DNA from: Dicyema japonicum
Taxonomy: Eukaryota > Animalia > Dicyemida
NCBI GenBank assembly: GCA_011109175.1
Contig: RDEW01000007.1
Location: 1,432,434 to 1,496,433 of the forward strand
Length of the DNA stretch: 64,000 bases
Direction: 5' to 3'
Position numbers and translations under genes: made by a program. Below the pieces are notes generated by a model, which was not told the origin of the DNA, made no database searches, and saw only the letters and a program-made list of their open reading frames with translations. Shown one piece after another: positions 52,259-64,000 of the stretch (its first letter is position 1; every line of letters begins with the position of its first letter).

Positions 52259-53100
52259 CAGTGGTTCTCAACGAGGGGCGAATCGGGCTATTTTTCTGAT
52301 CAGGGGCGATGGTTTTCGAGGAGCTCATTGTCATATGAAAAATTAAAGACGGATAAATAATCTAGTCTTATATTATTTATCTTAATTTGATAAAACGAAA
52401 GACAAGAGAGTAAACGGTTATATAGCGGTTGCCCTGAATGCGTGGCCCTCTCAGGATAGCGAGCGAGATTCGCTCAAATAACCAGCAGATATACAACATT
52501 ACATTATATTTCATTTATTATTATTTTTTATTGAACCAGAAAACCACCGTCATATCCAAAATAAACAAATTCAAGTTATCCCGGCCTCTTCAACAGTCTT
52601 TGCATCTTTTCTCAGTGTTCCGACTGCGTTCCTGCGCATTTCCGATATGGGTGGGGTCCGCATACTCGAGTTTTTCCCAGGGGTACTATTCCAGTCGCCT
52701 CAATCATATTTTCAAGGTTTCTGGGCAGGATTTCCACACGAGAAGATTTCTTTAGTAGGTTTGCTGCCTTCACTTGAATGTTGCAGATCTTGTCTAAATT
52801 TGTTTCTGCAAGGTTAAATCCCCAGACATTACATGCGTATCCTATTGTAGACTCGATGAACTGTTTGTATATGATATCTAGTCCTGGTTCAATAATAATA
52901 ATATTACATTTAAAATTATTAGCGTGATTTCCAATACTTCGTGATGAGTCTTGTTCAAGAAAAGTTATAACCTAATAAAGAGGAAAATATTTTTTTTAAA
53001 TTTATTAAAAATTCTCAGGATCTTCATAAACCTCTTTGTTTGCAATGTGGTACAGTATTTTCCAATGAGGCAATGAAGCCATCGCACTTAATCGAACATT
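52259..53100 (+). mobile_element. Charlie/Buster-type hAT 5' remnant
   Basis: TIR-like CAGTGGTTCTCAAC at 52259, and KPLCLQCGTVFSNEAMKPSHLIEHL (ZBED5/Buster-type BED finger) at about 53030-53100. Interrupted by a LINE fragment. Confidence 0.7.
52420..52900 (-). mobile_element. LINE 3' fragment with 3'UTR
   Basis: YKQFIESTIGYAC... coding remnant; 3' end CTCAGGATAGCGAGCG...CTCAAATAACCAGCA is shared with about 45630-45715. Confidence 0.65.
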
Positions 53101-54113
53101 TAGATATCCGCGTGGCGCCATGTGGTGCTGCGTGGTTAATTGGTTGAGGTTTTCTGCTTGCTTGTCTGTTCCTCCTCTCTCTTCCTATTAGAGTGGCGTC
53201 ATGTGATCCAACTGTCTAGGTGACGTCCAGTGCCAGGCCGGTACGAAAAAGGATCATTTGCCACTCCACTGGAGGGGTTTCCACAGCTGCATGTAGTGGA
53301 CGTCTTACCTTTTGTGCTGATACCGGATGGACTCTGTTTCTGTAGAAGTGGAAAACTGGATACACTTAATTAGTAGTTTACTTTAACTTCTTTCTCGGTG
53401 TATCCGGGGTTAATAAATAATAAATAAATAAATAATCGAACATTCAAAGCGTAAATATCAGAACTCAATTGGAAAAAAAACAGAATTTTTTGAATTAAAA
53501 AAGAATTATAAGAATAAAAACACTCTAAATTCTCGTTTTAATAAAATTATATTTCAAAATGTTACTGGATTATTTTATTCATACAAAGTTGCAGTGATAA
53601 CTGCAAAAGCTGGTTTTACAATTTGTAAAATTATACGATTCCATCGTTATTTTTTAAATTGCTAGTATCAATGTTCGGTGAAGAACTAGCCAGAAACTTT
53701 TGAATCCAAGACTTTGGATCGCTTTCGTTGATTCCCTGTCATGGATATTTTGATACAGGATGGAGTATCCTCAATTTAGATCTATGAAGTCATTACAGCT
53801 AAGAATGAAGTCATCATATCGGATATGACGATGGATCGGAAATATACTTAATTCTACGAATCTTGTTGATAAAGAATGACGAAAATATAATTGAATAAAA
53901 TGACGCAATTCTTGCGGAACGAGAAAAGATAAAGAACAGATTAAAAAGAAATTGCCTCTTGTGGTCATGTGTATTTTTAGTTATTTTATTATTTCCTTCA
54001 TTATTGAACGTGCAAGATTGATCGAAGTTTTATCAAATAAATCCTTGACTAATCATTTCATTACGTAGCTTTTAATTACGAAAAAATTACGTGAATGTCA
54101 AATTTATTATATA

Positions 54114-55027
54114 CAGCAAAACCTCTCGAATCTGCCAAATTTGAGACCTGGGAAATTACAGCGGATTCGAGAGGCAAATTTGAATTTTTTATAAAATAAT
54201 AAAATTCATTTTTTTAATTTTGAAAACTAACTAAAAAATGAAAACATTAATTTCCCTTAAAATAATCAGTTATTCTTGTTTTAATGTTCGTTTTGATGTT
54301 TCTACTAACATTATCGAGGACATTAAAGACATTTTAACTTCATCCTTCTGTTTAAAGTACTTCCTCAATGTATAGACAGCATTCATTGCATCATAGACTA
54401 AAACGACGTGTTCATTCTTTTGTTCTCCATCATTAATGCATTCTTTGTCTTCATTCAATTTTTCCAGGATCTCTTCATTCTCTGTATACTCATAAAGAAG
54501 AAACTCATCTTCTAGAATTGGATCTTTTATTTGCAGTCTAGACACGAATTCTTAATAAGTTTCAGGCGAAAACTTGTCATTAATTTCTTCAATAAAATTT
54601 TCGGTCCATTTAGCATGTCGAAACAGTTTAGTATTTTTGTACTATTTAGCTTTTTTCATGCCTGATAGGTATAAATTATAGTATCCTTAAGACTTATTTT
54701 TTTACATGCCTCGGTTTATGATTTTCCGAATTCAATTTTTTCAGTTTTTTTAATTAAAAAATAAAAATAATAAGAAAATGAAAAAAAATTATTTTTAAAA
54801 ATGCGGCGGATTCGAGAAATTTCTCATAGGGAATTTTGTATTTTTTAAAAAATGCGGCAGATTCGAAAGGTGGCGGATTCGAGAATTTCTCATAGGGAAT
54901 TTGTATTTTTTTAAAAAATGCGGCAGATTCGAAAGGTGGCGGATTCGAGAAATTTCTAATAGGGAATTTTGTATTTTTTAAAAAATGCGGCAGATTCGAA
55001 AGGTGGCGGATTCGAGATGTTTTACTG
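54114..55027 (-). mobile_element. Internally deleted Tigger/pogo-type element, 914 bp
   Basis: TIRs CAG(C/T)AAAAC(C/A)TCTCGAATC(T/C)GCC with TA TSDs (54112-54113 and 55028-55029). Internal ORF 54270-54545 resembles a Tigger C-terminus. Confidence 0.85.
54797..55017. repeat. Tandem repeat, unit about 66-67 bp, three copies plus one partial
   Basis: ATGCGGC recurs at 54801, 54852, 54918 and 54985, and each unit contains GGCGGATTCGAGA. Confidence 0.9.
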
Positions 55028-55159
55028 TATTTTTCCAATTTACTTTCATATTTTAGAGTTTCACTAAGAATTATTGATTTTACGAACATTAATTACATAT
55101 TCTTCATTAATAAAGTCCGAAGACATGTAGAAATAGTCACAAGGTTTAACTTCTAAGTA

Positions 55160-55900
55160 TTTTTGAGTATGGGAAAAAAATGTCATCGGGAAAAAACGAA
55201 ACTTTTGCGAACGCGATTAAATAAAAAGGTTGAGAACCACCAGGATGTCCGCAGAGCCATATCCAAAGCCAACAAGTCAGAGGCCAAAGGACCAGACAAC
55301 ATAACCACATGTGAACTGAAGCACCTAGTTCATCGAGTCCTGGAACTATTAGCCTATATTTTCAACTTATCCATTAACACAAATACAATCCCTGAAATAT
55401 GGAAGAAGTCTCTAATCAAACCTATTCGAAACCTAACCATCTTCCTATCGCCCAATATCTATTTTGAGTCCGGTTTCATGGATCCTTGAAAGGCTGGTTC
55501 TGGAAAAAATGCAAGAATCAATCTCAATACCTTCGACCCAGCACGGATTCTGGGGTAACCATTCGACCACAACACACCTCACAACCCTCACACAATTCAT
55601 TGCGGAAGGATTTAACTCCCCCAAACCCCTTCAGAGGACAGTATATCTTATATCCGTGGACATCACAAAAGCGTTCGATTCAGTTCCTAGGAGAAACCTT
55701 ACAAAGAAAATATTTGTAACCAACATCCATCCGAACTTGAAAATTTGGCTTGGCTACTCCTTAAATGCTCATGAATTAGGAGTACTGACATTATTCTCTT
55801 TGCTCATGTATTTGGTAACAATGTTTGTATTGCCAGAGGTTCGGTTACCGGTTCGTGTACCATTCAAAACAAACTCTCTGAAACGCAAACACCATCCCTA
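55160..55900 (+). mobile_element. Jockey/L2-like RT fragment
   Basis: KGPDNI, QHGFWGNHST and VDITKAFDSV. Confidence 0.75.
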
Positions 55901-55940
55901 GTCTCACAAGTGACGTGGCTTCCGCCCTAGACTTCAAAGT

Positions 55941-56635
55941 TTATTTTACAACAGGAAGACTGCCCCCATCCTTCATGAAACGTTGGAAAGAGAAACCAGG
56001 TCGTAAAGTTTCAGTATGGTAAAGATCCAAGTCATCATCTGAGACCCAAGAGGGATTCCCTTCACAACAGCAGTAAAAGGATATAAGACGGAAGTGGTAT
56101 AAACATGTCCATACCAAATGGTTTTTCAAACCAAAATTATCGACACAAGAGTCCACATCCTCTTTTGAGGCAAATTCAAGCGTAAATATACCAATTTTCT
56201 TACTGTAATTCGTGCCTTACTAACAGTCAATGAGTTTGATATATGTTAAAACGTTACAAAGCCATGTTTTAATTTCCAGATTCAATACAAGTGAATCTTA
56301 CGTCAAGGTAGACGAAACATCTTGTCCTGACACAAAATACCCATATATTTCATTGGTGGGTATTTCAACCCCCTTATTTGATTGAGACTTTCCTGCCGGT
56401 CTTCATTAGCCAGTTTTCCTTTCTTGGTTGTTAATGGTTTCCCAACTTTTCCTTTTGTCGAAATTTTGCCACACATAACGCAATTATTATACAATTCATT
56501 ATTTTCTCTTCTCCTCTTACGCCGACTTTCATGGGCATAGAGTTTCCTTTCATACACCATTATTGCCTCCTCTAACTGCGCCTTTTCTCTCCTCAACTCT
56601 TTAAGGTCCCATTTGGATTTACTAAGATCATCCAA
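55941..56635 (-). CDS. Unidentified gene remnant (coiled-coil, CxxC, Cys-rich C-terminus)
   Basis: Two coding-like ORFs, 56303-56635 and 55941-56156. The 56635 start is TTG after an AG acceptor-like site, so it is probably an internal exon. Confidence 0.3.
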
Positions 56636-56654
56636 AAACTATAAATTATTATTA

Positions 56655-56820
56655 AGGCAACAGGAGGAATAAGCGGGAAATCGCTTTGTTTCCTAAAGAA
56701 ACTGGGACGCCTAGTTACGCTAAAAAGCCACGAAGCACGTGAGACTCGGTGGCTTCTTCAGTTGACCTCTGTTGCGATCGTGAGAGGCAACGCAACATCG
56801 ATTATGTCGGTGGGGATCAT
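56655..56820 (+). mobile_element. 3'-terminal stub of a CRE-like LINE
   Basis: High similarity to 4216-4380 and 25470-25636. Confidence 0.85.
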
Positions 56821-56910
56821 TTTTGATGATTGATTTTATGTTTTATAATCATTAAATAAATAAATAAAATTTATTAAAAATAATAATTCAAATTTATCGT
56901 GCTTTACGTT

Positions 56911-57363
56911 ATGTGTGTGTTGCTGATTATAAATGTAACAAACTGTAATTTTAAAGGTAGGAATAATTCAAAGAATAAGGAATTTGATGATAGGGAATAT
57001 CAACTACAAAGAGTTCTTCCAAAACGATTTCCTAAACGAAAAAATGACATTTACATCTCCAAACACTCGAATATGAAGGCTTTAATGTGCAAAGCACAGA
57101 AAATACTAGACAATTCTTACCCACGTGCTACTGTATTCATTCATGGACTGGGGTTGTGCATTCCCAAAGCTCTGAACATGTCCCTGAGGCTACAACAGTG
57201 GGGTGGAGGTGGCAAAACAATGTCAATATCTGTCCACACGTCTACGACAGTCTGCACTGACTTAATGAATCCTTTATTAGACCATCTTGAGGTTGACTCG
57301 AAGTCACGTAACGTGTCCTCCATTCATATCAAGGTCACTAAGGACTATTCACACAATAAATGA
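56911..57363 (+). CDS. POP7: RNase P/MRP subunit Rpp20 (Alba-like); start tentative
   Basis: EYQL..VLPKRFPKRKNDIYI...FIHGLG..I.KALNMSL.LQ...TST...SSIHIKV matches the Rpp20 pattern. Confidence 0.9.
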   Translation: MCVLLIINVTNCNFKGRNNSKNKEFDDREYQLQRVLPKRFPKRKNDIYISKHSNMKALMCKAQKILDNSYPRATVFIHGLGLCIPKALNMSLRLQQWGGGGKTMSISVHTSTTVCTDLMNPLLDHLEVDSKSRNVSSIHIKVTKDYSHNK

Positions 57364-58082
57364 CATTTTATTACTTTTGTATTTTTTCAATACATGGTTA
57401 TCCCAAAATGGATTTTCTTATTAGGGAGTTGAAGATATTACTAATAAGTCCAAAGGTTCTGGTGATCTCCGTTTGCTGGTTATTCCAGTGAGTTTGCTAG
57501 CACTTTTATAGTTTATTAATTTTTTAGTTTTCAAACCTTAATTTTTTAAATTCTAAAATGATTTTAATGGAGACTGACATCTCATATAAATTTGAAAAAA
57601 AACATAAAATTACGTGTTGACATAGAAACACCAGGCAACCTCAAACTATTTGAAAATTAGTGGTTTCATATATTTTTGCATAATTGTCCCTTAAGCTTTA
57701 ATAATAAGACTATCATACCAACATCTCTTGTCAGACCTATCCAGCAAAGATGATTTTTGTCACCCTTCCAGTGGTGATGTTTCCATTAAATCCCCTGGAT
57801 GCACACTTTTTTTATCAAGAGGATAATTCACAGGATTTAAATTTGGTAAAACTTGAGAGGACCGTCTATTTTGAGAGAAGCAATGTAATTACTGTGGGAA
57901 ACTGTACACATTAATAAGCCCAAGAAAGACATCGTTTCCAAGGATTTATGTATGGAAACCTAAGAAGGATGTCCTGCAAGATTGAAGCATAATCTCTAAA
58001 ATCACATCCCCGAACACAAAATCGTCAAATTACAACAATCTAACTGTCCACCGACCATAAACGTACAAAAAAACAGAAAATA

Positions 58083-58639
58083 TCAATCAAGAGTAAATAT
58101 CCTTGAGGACGCATCATCCAAAATCCAATCGATGCCCTCTACTAAATTAAATCCTGTATAGGCAGAACATGGCAGAATTAACCAATGGTAAGATATTATA
58201 GACTTCAAATCAAGGATTCTCTCCAAATCTTCAGAACTAAGAGATCCATCAATATCCTGCTTGTTCGCAAAAATCAGAAGGGATGCTCCGACCAATCTCT
58301 CCTCCTTCAAAAGTCCATGGAGTTCACGTGCACAGTCTTGAAGCCTCATCTTGTCCGCAGAATCGACTACCCATATCAAAGCGTCTGTTTTCTCAAAATA
58401 TTCCGCCAATAAGAACGGATTGACTTTTGTCCCCCAACATCCCATACGTTGAGCTTGAAGCCGTTGTATTCGATGGTGATTATGTTAAAGCCCAAGGTAG
58501 GAGCCACACTGTCGATGGACTGATTGCAAAACTTTCTCATTATTGTCGTCTTTCCAGCATTGTCCAAGCCTAATACTAGTACTCTCAACTGCTTCTCTTT
58601 ACGTTTTATTTTACGCAATATAGAGTGCAATCCAATCAT
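58083..58639 (-). CDS. ARL2: ADP-ribosylation factor-like 2, intronless, with a 1-nt deletion at 58400/58401
   Basis: [24 protein letters not shown][Y]FEKTD, ANKQD and [17 protein letters not shown]. The frame shifts exactly at RN-YFE. Confidence 0.93.
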
Positions 58640-58739
58640 TTTTATTTAAATTTTAAAATTTATTTTTAATACATTAATTATTTTTTTATTTTATTTTATA
58701 GTTTATACAAATTATCAAATTTTACCATAAAATATTTGA

Positions 58740-59715
58740 GTGGCTTGGATCAAACCACCTATCCCCCTCTCCATCGAAATACACTGTCACTGTATTCACG
58801 TCCAACCGCTGCCAACTAAATTTTCAACCAATTTTAACAATTCATGGACAACCACTCACCGTTACGAAACATCCCAAAATACTTGGAGTTAATTATGACC
58901 AACTACTAACTTTCTCCAAACATGTGGAGGACCAATGTACAAAGGCCTCTTACAAGATCAACATACTTAAAGCTGTGTCAGGCAATTCCTTTGGCCAAAG
59001 CAAAGAAGCCCTAACCATCATATATAAACAATTCATTCGAACAACTATTAACTATGCAATCCCTTGCTGGTCAACCTCTGCCTCTCTTACTTTTAATGAC
59101 AAACTACAAAAAGTACAAAACATCGCGCTCAGGATAACTACTGGATGTCTTAGATCAACTCCTGTCGATCATCTACATTGGGAGTCCAATTGGAGACCAT
59201 CTGGAAATGAGAGCTCTGCAGTTCTTCTCTCAAGCCTACAGTCTAGAACATCTCTGCCACTCCCTATGCAAACCGCAAAACAAAAGGAAAATTATCATGA
59301 AAAACAGTGACCTGTCTCGAATGTTATTATCCATTCTTCCATCCCCAATGACAGGAGTCGTCTGAAACAGATACACGATTTTGTTTCTACGAGAAGCATC
59401 CGAAGACTCGGTCAACGACCCTTTCCTCCAATAGACCAATCAGAATCCTCTCTTTCAAGGGACGTGCGAGTAAACCTGGTTGTCTACGATGTGGGCACCA
59501 CCCATATCTACCAACATATGATATACTCTGCCCCTTTTGCAACCTCCACGTGCTGACAACAAATCACCTATTTTAATGTCATGAATTAGCACAGCGTTTC
59601 TCCACAATGCCGGAACTAACCGATCGATGGGAGTGACCAACATCTGCTGCGTCTACTTAATAGCTGCTGGCTCCTACAAGTTAGTGAGGCTGGGGTTACT
59701 TAACTAACTAATTAT
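58740..59715 (+). mobile_element. Jockey/L2-like LINE 3' fragment
   Basis: PKILGVNYDQLLTFSKHV...YKQFIRTTINYA...QKVQNIALRITTG; ends in GGGGTTA plus (CTAA)n. Confidence 0.8.
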
Positions 59716-59749
59716 TTGTTTATTGGAATTTTTCTACTACAACTATTAT

Positions 59750-60700
59750 CAATTCTCTTTATTATGTCTCCAATAGACCGAATCGAAGAATTGAGAGGAT
59801 TTCTTGAAGTACATTGATCTATAAGGTCACTCTTCTGTCGAATCAGATATTTTCTTGTATATGTTAAACAGCAACCCTTACGAGACTTATTTGGGGATAT
59901 TGGACACTATCTTCCTCCTCTTACGAAGGACGAAACACATTTCACAATAAAAGAGGTTGCTGAACACATTCAGAAATTGAATTTCGATTATGTGGAATCG
60001 GGAAGTATTTATTAACCCCAGACTTGCTATATTTGATAACCCCAGCACAAACAGCCATAACTATTAATCCAAGGAGGGGATTCAAAAGAGAAAGTCTGCT
60101 TGTGCTGACCAAATCGATACTCTAATATTACATTACAGGCTTCTGCTTAAGAAGAGAGGTGAAGTAGGTCCGCCCTGTTCTATTATCATCGCAGGTCCTA
60201 CCGTCATAGAGATCACTATATTATGCAGCGGAAAAGTTTTTTATTCAAAATGTAATCTTCACCAGAGGAGTTGGTCAGGGGAAGGTAGGACCCATGGTAT
60301 TTATACTTTCCCTTTATCAAATACTCATTCCTCACTGATCTTGACATACAAATGCAGATCTCATCCTTTTATACGCTATTTTCAGTCACCATCATTGATT
60401 TTAATATTTTCTTATTCAACTCTTACGGAAAACAAACTTTATAGACAATCTCCTCATCTTTTCCAAAATCAAATAATTCTCTACTTAGAAAAGGAAACCA
60501 CCTCTCACATCAATATAAGACTGATGGCAGTGATTCTTTTAAATCTAAAAAATATTTCACCGAATCTTGAACCTTTAAAGACAGCATCTTCAAAAAAGGC
60601 TTTCTTTCTGGTTTTAATATCTTCACGGTAGTAGTGCCTTTGTGTCCAATACACAAATAGCAAACTAGGTCCACACTTTTACCGCATTATTAAGCCATCT
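59750..60700 (-). mobile_element. Degraded R4-like RT fragment
   Basis: Patchy similarity to the RT region of 39800-40500. Confidence 0.4.
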
Positions 60701-61330
60701 TTGCCATGGTAATTAAAAGGCACGTGCAGTCTGAGAAACTTGTAACAGTCATCTTCTCCACTTGCCACTGTTATACGCAAGTTCACGTAGTACATCCAGA
60801 TCCTATCCCTCTATTAATCGTCTCCCAATCTTTTGGAGGTCCTTGTCGAGAACCATCGAGAGGGAATCGAGGGGCGTGGGAAGGGAAAAAACCTTCCATA
60901 ATCGGGTTAGCTGGATCCTCCAGGTCAATTCTCAGGTGTCCAAAGAGTCTCCATCTAACTTCCGTGATCAATATAGATTGACAACCACTTCATTCTCTCG
61001 TAAAAGTTCAATTAGATATTCTGGAGCACCCTCGGAACAACACTTATCTCAATTGCATTTGATAGAGAGTCCAACTTCTGAGTGGGTCTCTGAGCAAGCT
61101 CAGGTGCTCGCGTTGTAAAAACAGTAAAGGTTTGACCAACATGTTGTACAATTGTAGTCTCAGGTTTTCTTCAGTTTTTGCAATGCTGAGTTTTTAATCG
61201 TCTTTCTCTTCGCAATATCTTTATGGTCTTCAAGGAGGGCACATAATTTACGGTCTTGTGGCGGATTTTGATAGTCCTTGATTCCACTATTTTGAGTTCG
61301 GTCACTTCCATTTTGTCCATGTTTACCATA
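60700..61330 (-). mobile_element. RTE-like LINE 3' fragment
   Basis: RWRLFGHLRI...PAN, and NQGLSKSATR matching the HKKVGSLLG...RRK region. Confidence 0.7.
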
Positions 61331-62235
61331 AGAAGCCATTAAGACAGTCTTTTGGGTATCACTCTCATTAATTGGGTGAATGCTTCCTGTCTTGTGAGAA
61401 AAAGTCCATATAGCTACAACGTCTATTCTCTCTGCCTCAGTTCCCTGAGTGCCGATTCTACATATATTACAAATATCTTTACCACATGTAGTGTACGATC
61501 AGAATAAAATTCAGAGATCTAAAATACGAGTAGTATTTGTTTTCTAAGTAAATAGATTCAGATATCAACCGTCAAAGCAGCTCATGTATTCCAAAATCCT
61601 TCTTTCCGATAGCTCAGACTTTTTGTATATATCAGAGACAAAAACATTATCAACATAAAAATTATTCTAAAGACCAAGGGTAACCAAACTAACTAACTCC
61701 TTGATCAGGACTCGTTCCAGAACATGTCTCCAGGTAACGAAATTGCCCCCAGGGAAAAAATAGTTGGATCCTCTTGATGAGGACCAGGCATTGGGTGTCT
61801 CCTCAGTAAAATGTATCCAATGACGCCATCAGAGGGAAGGAAAATAAATTTTTACCACACAGGGCCATGCGGCTAAATAAAGGATTATGAATAAGCAATT
61901 GCTGTTGTATTTAGGCTGTAGATATCCATAAATATATAGTAAAGAAGAGAACTCAGAACGGATCCCATCACAGAAAATTTTTTTGCAAATAGAAAACCTT
62001 TGATAAATCATAGAATCAAATCGGTGCACTGAATGTGCTTCAGTAGTGCATCATGTCAGACACTTGTCGAGTCAAGATGAAGAAGCGTATGTAAGAATTG
62101 TCATCCAAAATTAAAAAAAACTTTATTATCTTAAAGTTTACCATCTCCATGTTTGATAAACCAAATGTACAAAAGACATAAACGACACAATAAAAACAAT
62201 AATTCACTTTATATAAATCCCCCATTACTATTATA

Positions 62236-63870
62236 TTAAAAATTGAAGAAAAAATCATTACCACCCCCAAAACCATTCTGAAAATTAAACCTGAAACCTC
62301 CAGGAAAACCACCAGGAAAACCACCATGGAAACCGTGGAATCCCTCTGATTTGGAGGACTCATCCAACGGATCAATTCCAGTATCAAACTGTTTCCTCAT
62401 TTCTACAATCTCCACCAAAACAACTACCTGGGTCACTCAAAACCTCCTTGGCATCAGAAATGTCCTTAAACTTGTTCTCTGCGAGTTCCTTATCATCACC
62501 AGAATATGCATCAGGATGCCACTTTTTAGCCAATCTACGGTAGGCCTTCACTACATCAGTTTTAGTCGCTGATCTACAATCAAACATCCACCAACCTTGG
62601 AAGTTCAAGGATATTATAGTAGTCCCTCTTTGATGCCTGTTTCTTCATCTTCTGACATCTCTGTAAGGACTCTTCAAGTCCCTCAAAATGAGGCTGGTCT
62701 CTCTTTATCTTTTGAAAGTCAGTCTCAGCTATCAAGTCATCCCATCTAATACCCTCATCGAAATCTCCCAAAAGTAAATGAGCTTCCCCGCGGTAGTAAA
62801 GAGAAAACAAGTCGTTCGGATCAATTCCTAGTATTTCTGAGCAAATATCCACAGCTTCCTTGGCCATTTGGGATTCCTACCATGAATAAATAGATTCCAC
62901 CTTAGATTGACATTCACATTTGGTTTTCTTCCCCCGTAGTATTACTTGGGGATTGTAGTTTCCATTTAAAATGTTATTATCCACAAAGTTCACACATTTT
63001 ACCCAGTCAGAGTTCTTTTTGGAGTCTTCAACGACCGTCCAAAACCTCTCCAGCTTCTTTAACATCTTGTACTCTTCCATACAATTCTTATGGTCAGGAT
63101 CGATTCGCAGACACTGCTTAACTTCTCTTAAAGCTTGTTCTGAGTCCCCCGTATCATAAATAATCCGAACGAGCTTAAGAATGTACTCAGGATCCTCTGG
63201 GTTGAGAGAGGAGATTTGTCTGAGGTCTACGATCAGTTTTCCCATTTCGTTCATGATGTGGTAGCATTCTATCCTGGTCTCATACAGTTTCACGTCAAAT
63301 GGACAACTCTAGAATTTACACCACGTGTTACTTTTATGGGTAGTTCCAAGGCAGCAATGACCTTATCGCATCGTCTATTGGTCAACTCCCTATTCGCAGT
63401 TATTATATTGTTTTTGATTTCTTTATTTTTATTTAGTTCATCCTCGACTTTCTCTCCAGCTGCCTCGAGGATCTTATAATCCCTCTCAGAGTCTTCCAAG
63501 TGACCGAATTTCCTGTTTAATTCAGCTCGATAATTCAAAGCCTAAATTAAGTCAGCAATCCAACGGTCTTCTGTCCTGGATTGACCTGAAGGATCTTATT
63601 TAGGTCACTCATCATAAGCTTTGATTTCCCAACCGCCCTGTAAGTGATTAACCTTCCAAAGTAATATTTCGTATTATCTGGCTCAAGCTCTACAAAACTT
63701 CAATATTTATAATCAAACCGATGGCTTTCCCGAATGAACTAATCGCTTCCTGATACTCTGAAGCAGAAAAGTGAGCCATTGCTTTAGCATAGTAATCTTG
63801 ACCTTCATCTATGGATAGGACTTTTATAAATAAATATATGGAAACCAGTTATTATGAATAACAAAATCAT
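62236..63870 (-). CDS. DNAJC3: DnaJ homolog subfamily C member 3 (P58IPK; signal peptide, TPRs, J domain)
   Basis: Short signal peptide; TPR repeats ([29 protein letters not shown]); RDYYNIL; J domain [12 protein letters not shown]...[14 protein letters not shown]; G/F-rich tail. Multiple 23-25 nt introns. Confidence 0.93.
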
Positions 63871-64000
63871 ATAAGGTTGACTACGTGTCATAAATAATTA
63901 TTTATTTAATTTAAATTATTTATTTCTTAATATTAAGTTTATTAAAATTACTAGTTGGTAAAAATGTTGAAAGGAAAAAAAGAGAAGGGTCACTTGCGTT

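Noticed and set aside
53560-54050. Second pogo-type DDE fragment next to the Tigger derivative
   Set aside because: Similarity is too faint to support by eye.
54797-55017. CRISPR-like array
   Set aside because: The units are contiguous near-identical repeats without unique spacers, inside a eukaryotic TIR element, and no cas genes are present.
2440-56820. Spliced-leader RNA gene as the CRE target site
   Set aside because: The flanks of the CRE copies differ from each other, and I saw no SL/Sm-site structure next to them.
57400-58080. Possible small zinc-finger gene (KQCNYCGKLY; intron-like GTGAG...TAG at about 57487-57510)
   Set aside because: I could not assemble a continuous frame or complete His ligands, so it is left unresolved.
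61350-62200. Gene between the RTE fragment and DNAJC3
   Set aside because: Only short ORFs without motifs; the 115-aa ORF at 62040-62387 overlaps the DNAJC3 tail in another frame.

Overview
AT-rich eukaryotic (metazoan) genomic DNA, not prokaryotic, so the supplied ORF track fragments most genes. Host genes are extremely compact: GT-AG introns of 21-27 nt, 95-120 nt spacers between divergent starts, and a 24 nt gap between convergent stops. With metazoan-type genes (SIX homeobox, Na/K-ATPase beta), this points by inference to a reduced parasitic animal; a dicyemid fits the intron size best, and a myxozoan or orthonectid is not excluded. Recognisable host genes: a disrupted actin, NDUFB3, PPP1R11, FAM135-like, GRASP55/65, SRP receptor beta, REXO1-like exonuclease, a divergent SIX homeobox gene, a PRC1/MAP65-like gene, Na/K-ATPase beta, POP7/Rpp20, ARL2 and DNAJC3. 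These islands sit in a dense transposon field that I estimate at over half the window. It includes RTE-like, Jockey/L2-like, CRE-like and R4-like LINEs, hAT (two kinds), pogo/Tigger, MULE and a tRNA-headed SINE family. Best leads: (1) an intact 976-aa RTE-like ORF inserted into what reconstructs as a 23-nt intron; (2) a SINE family with a conserved core not matched to any SINE domain I recall; (3) an SRbeta with a natural NKxD-to-NKxN change; (4) a hAT transposase carrying a host-sized 25-nt intron, in a three-level nested insertion; (5) R4-like LINEs that resemble microsporidian elements. Small frameshifts in ARL2, GRASP and actin suggest some consensus indel errors, so every pseudogene call is provisional. 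All family assignments are from motif recognition by eye; no database search was run.
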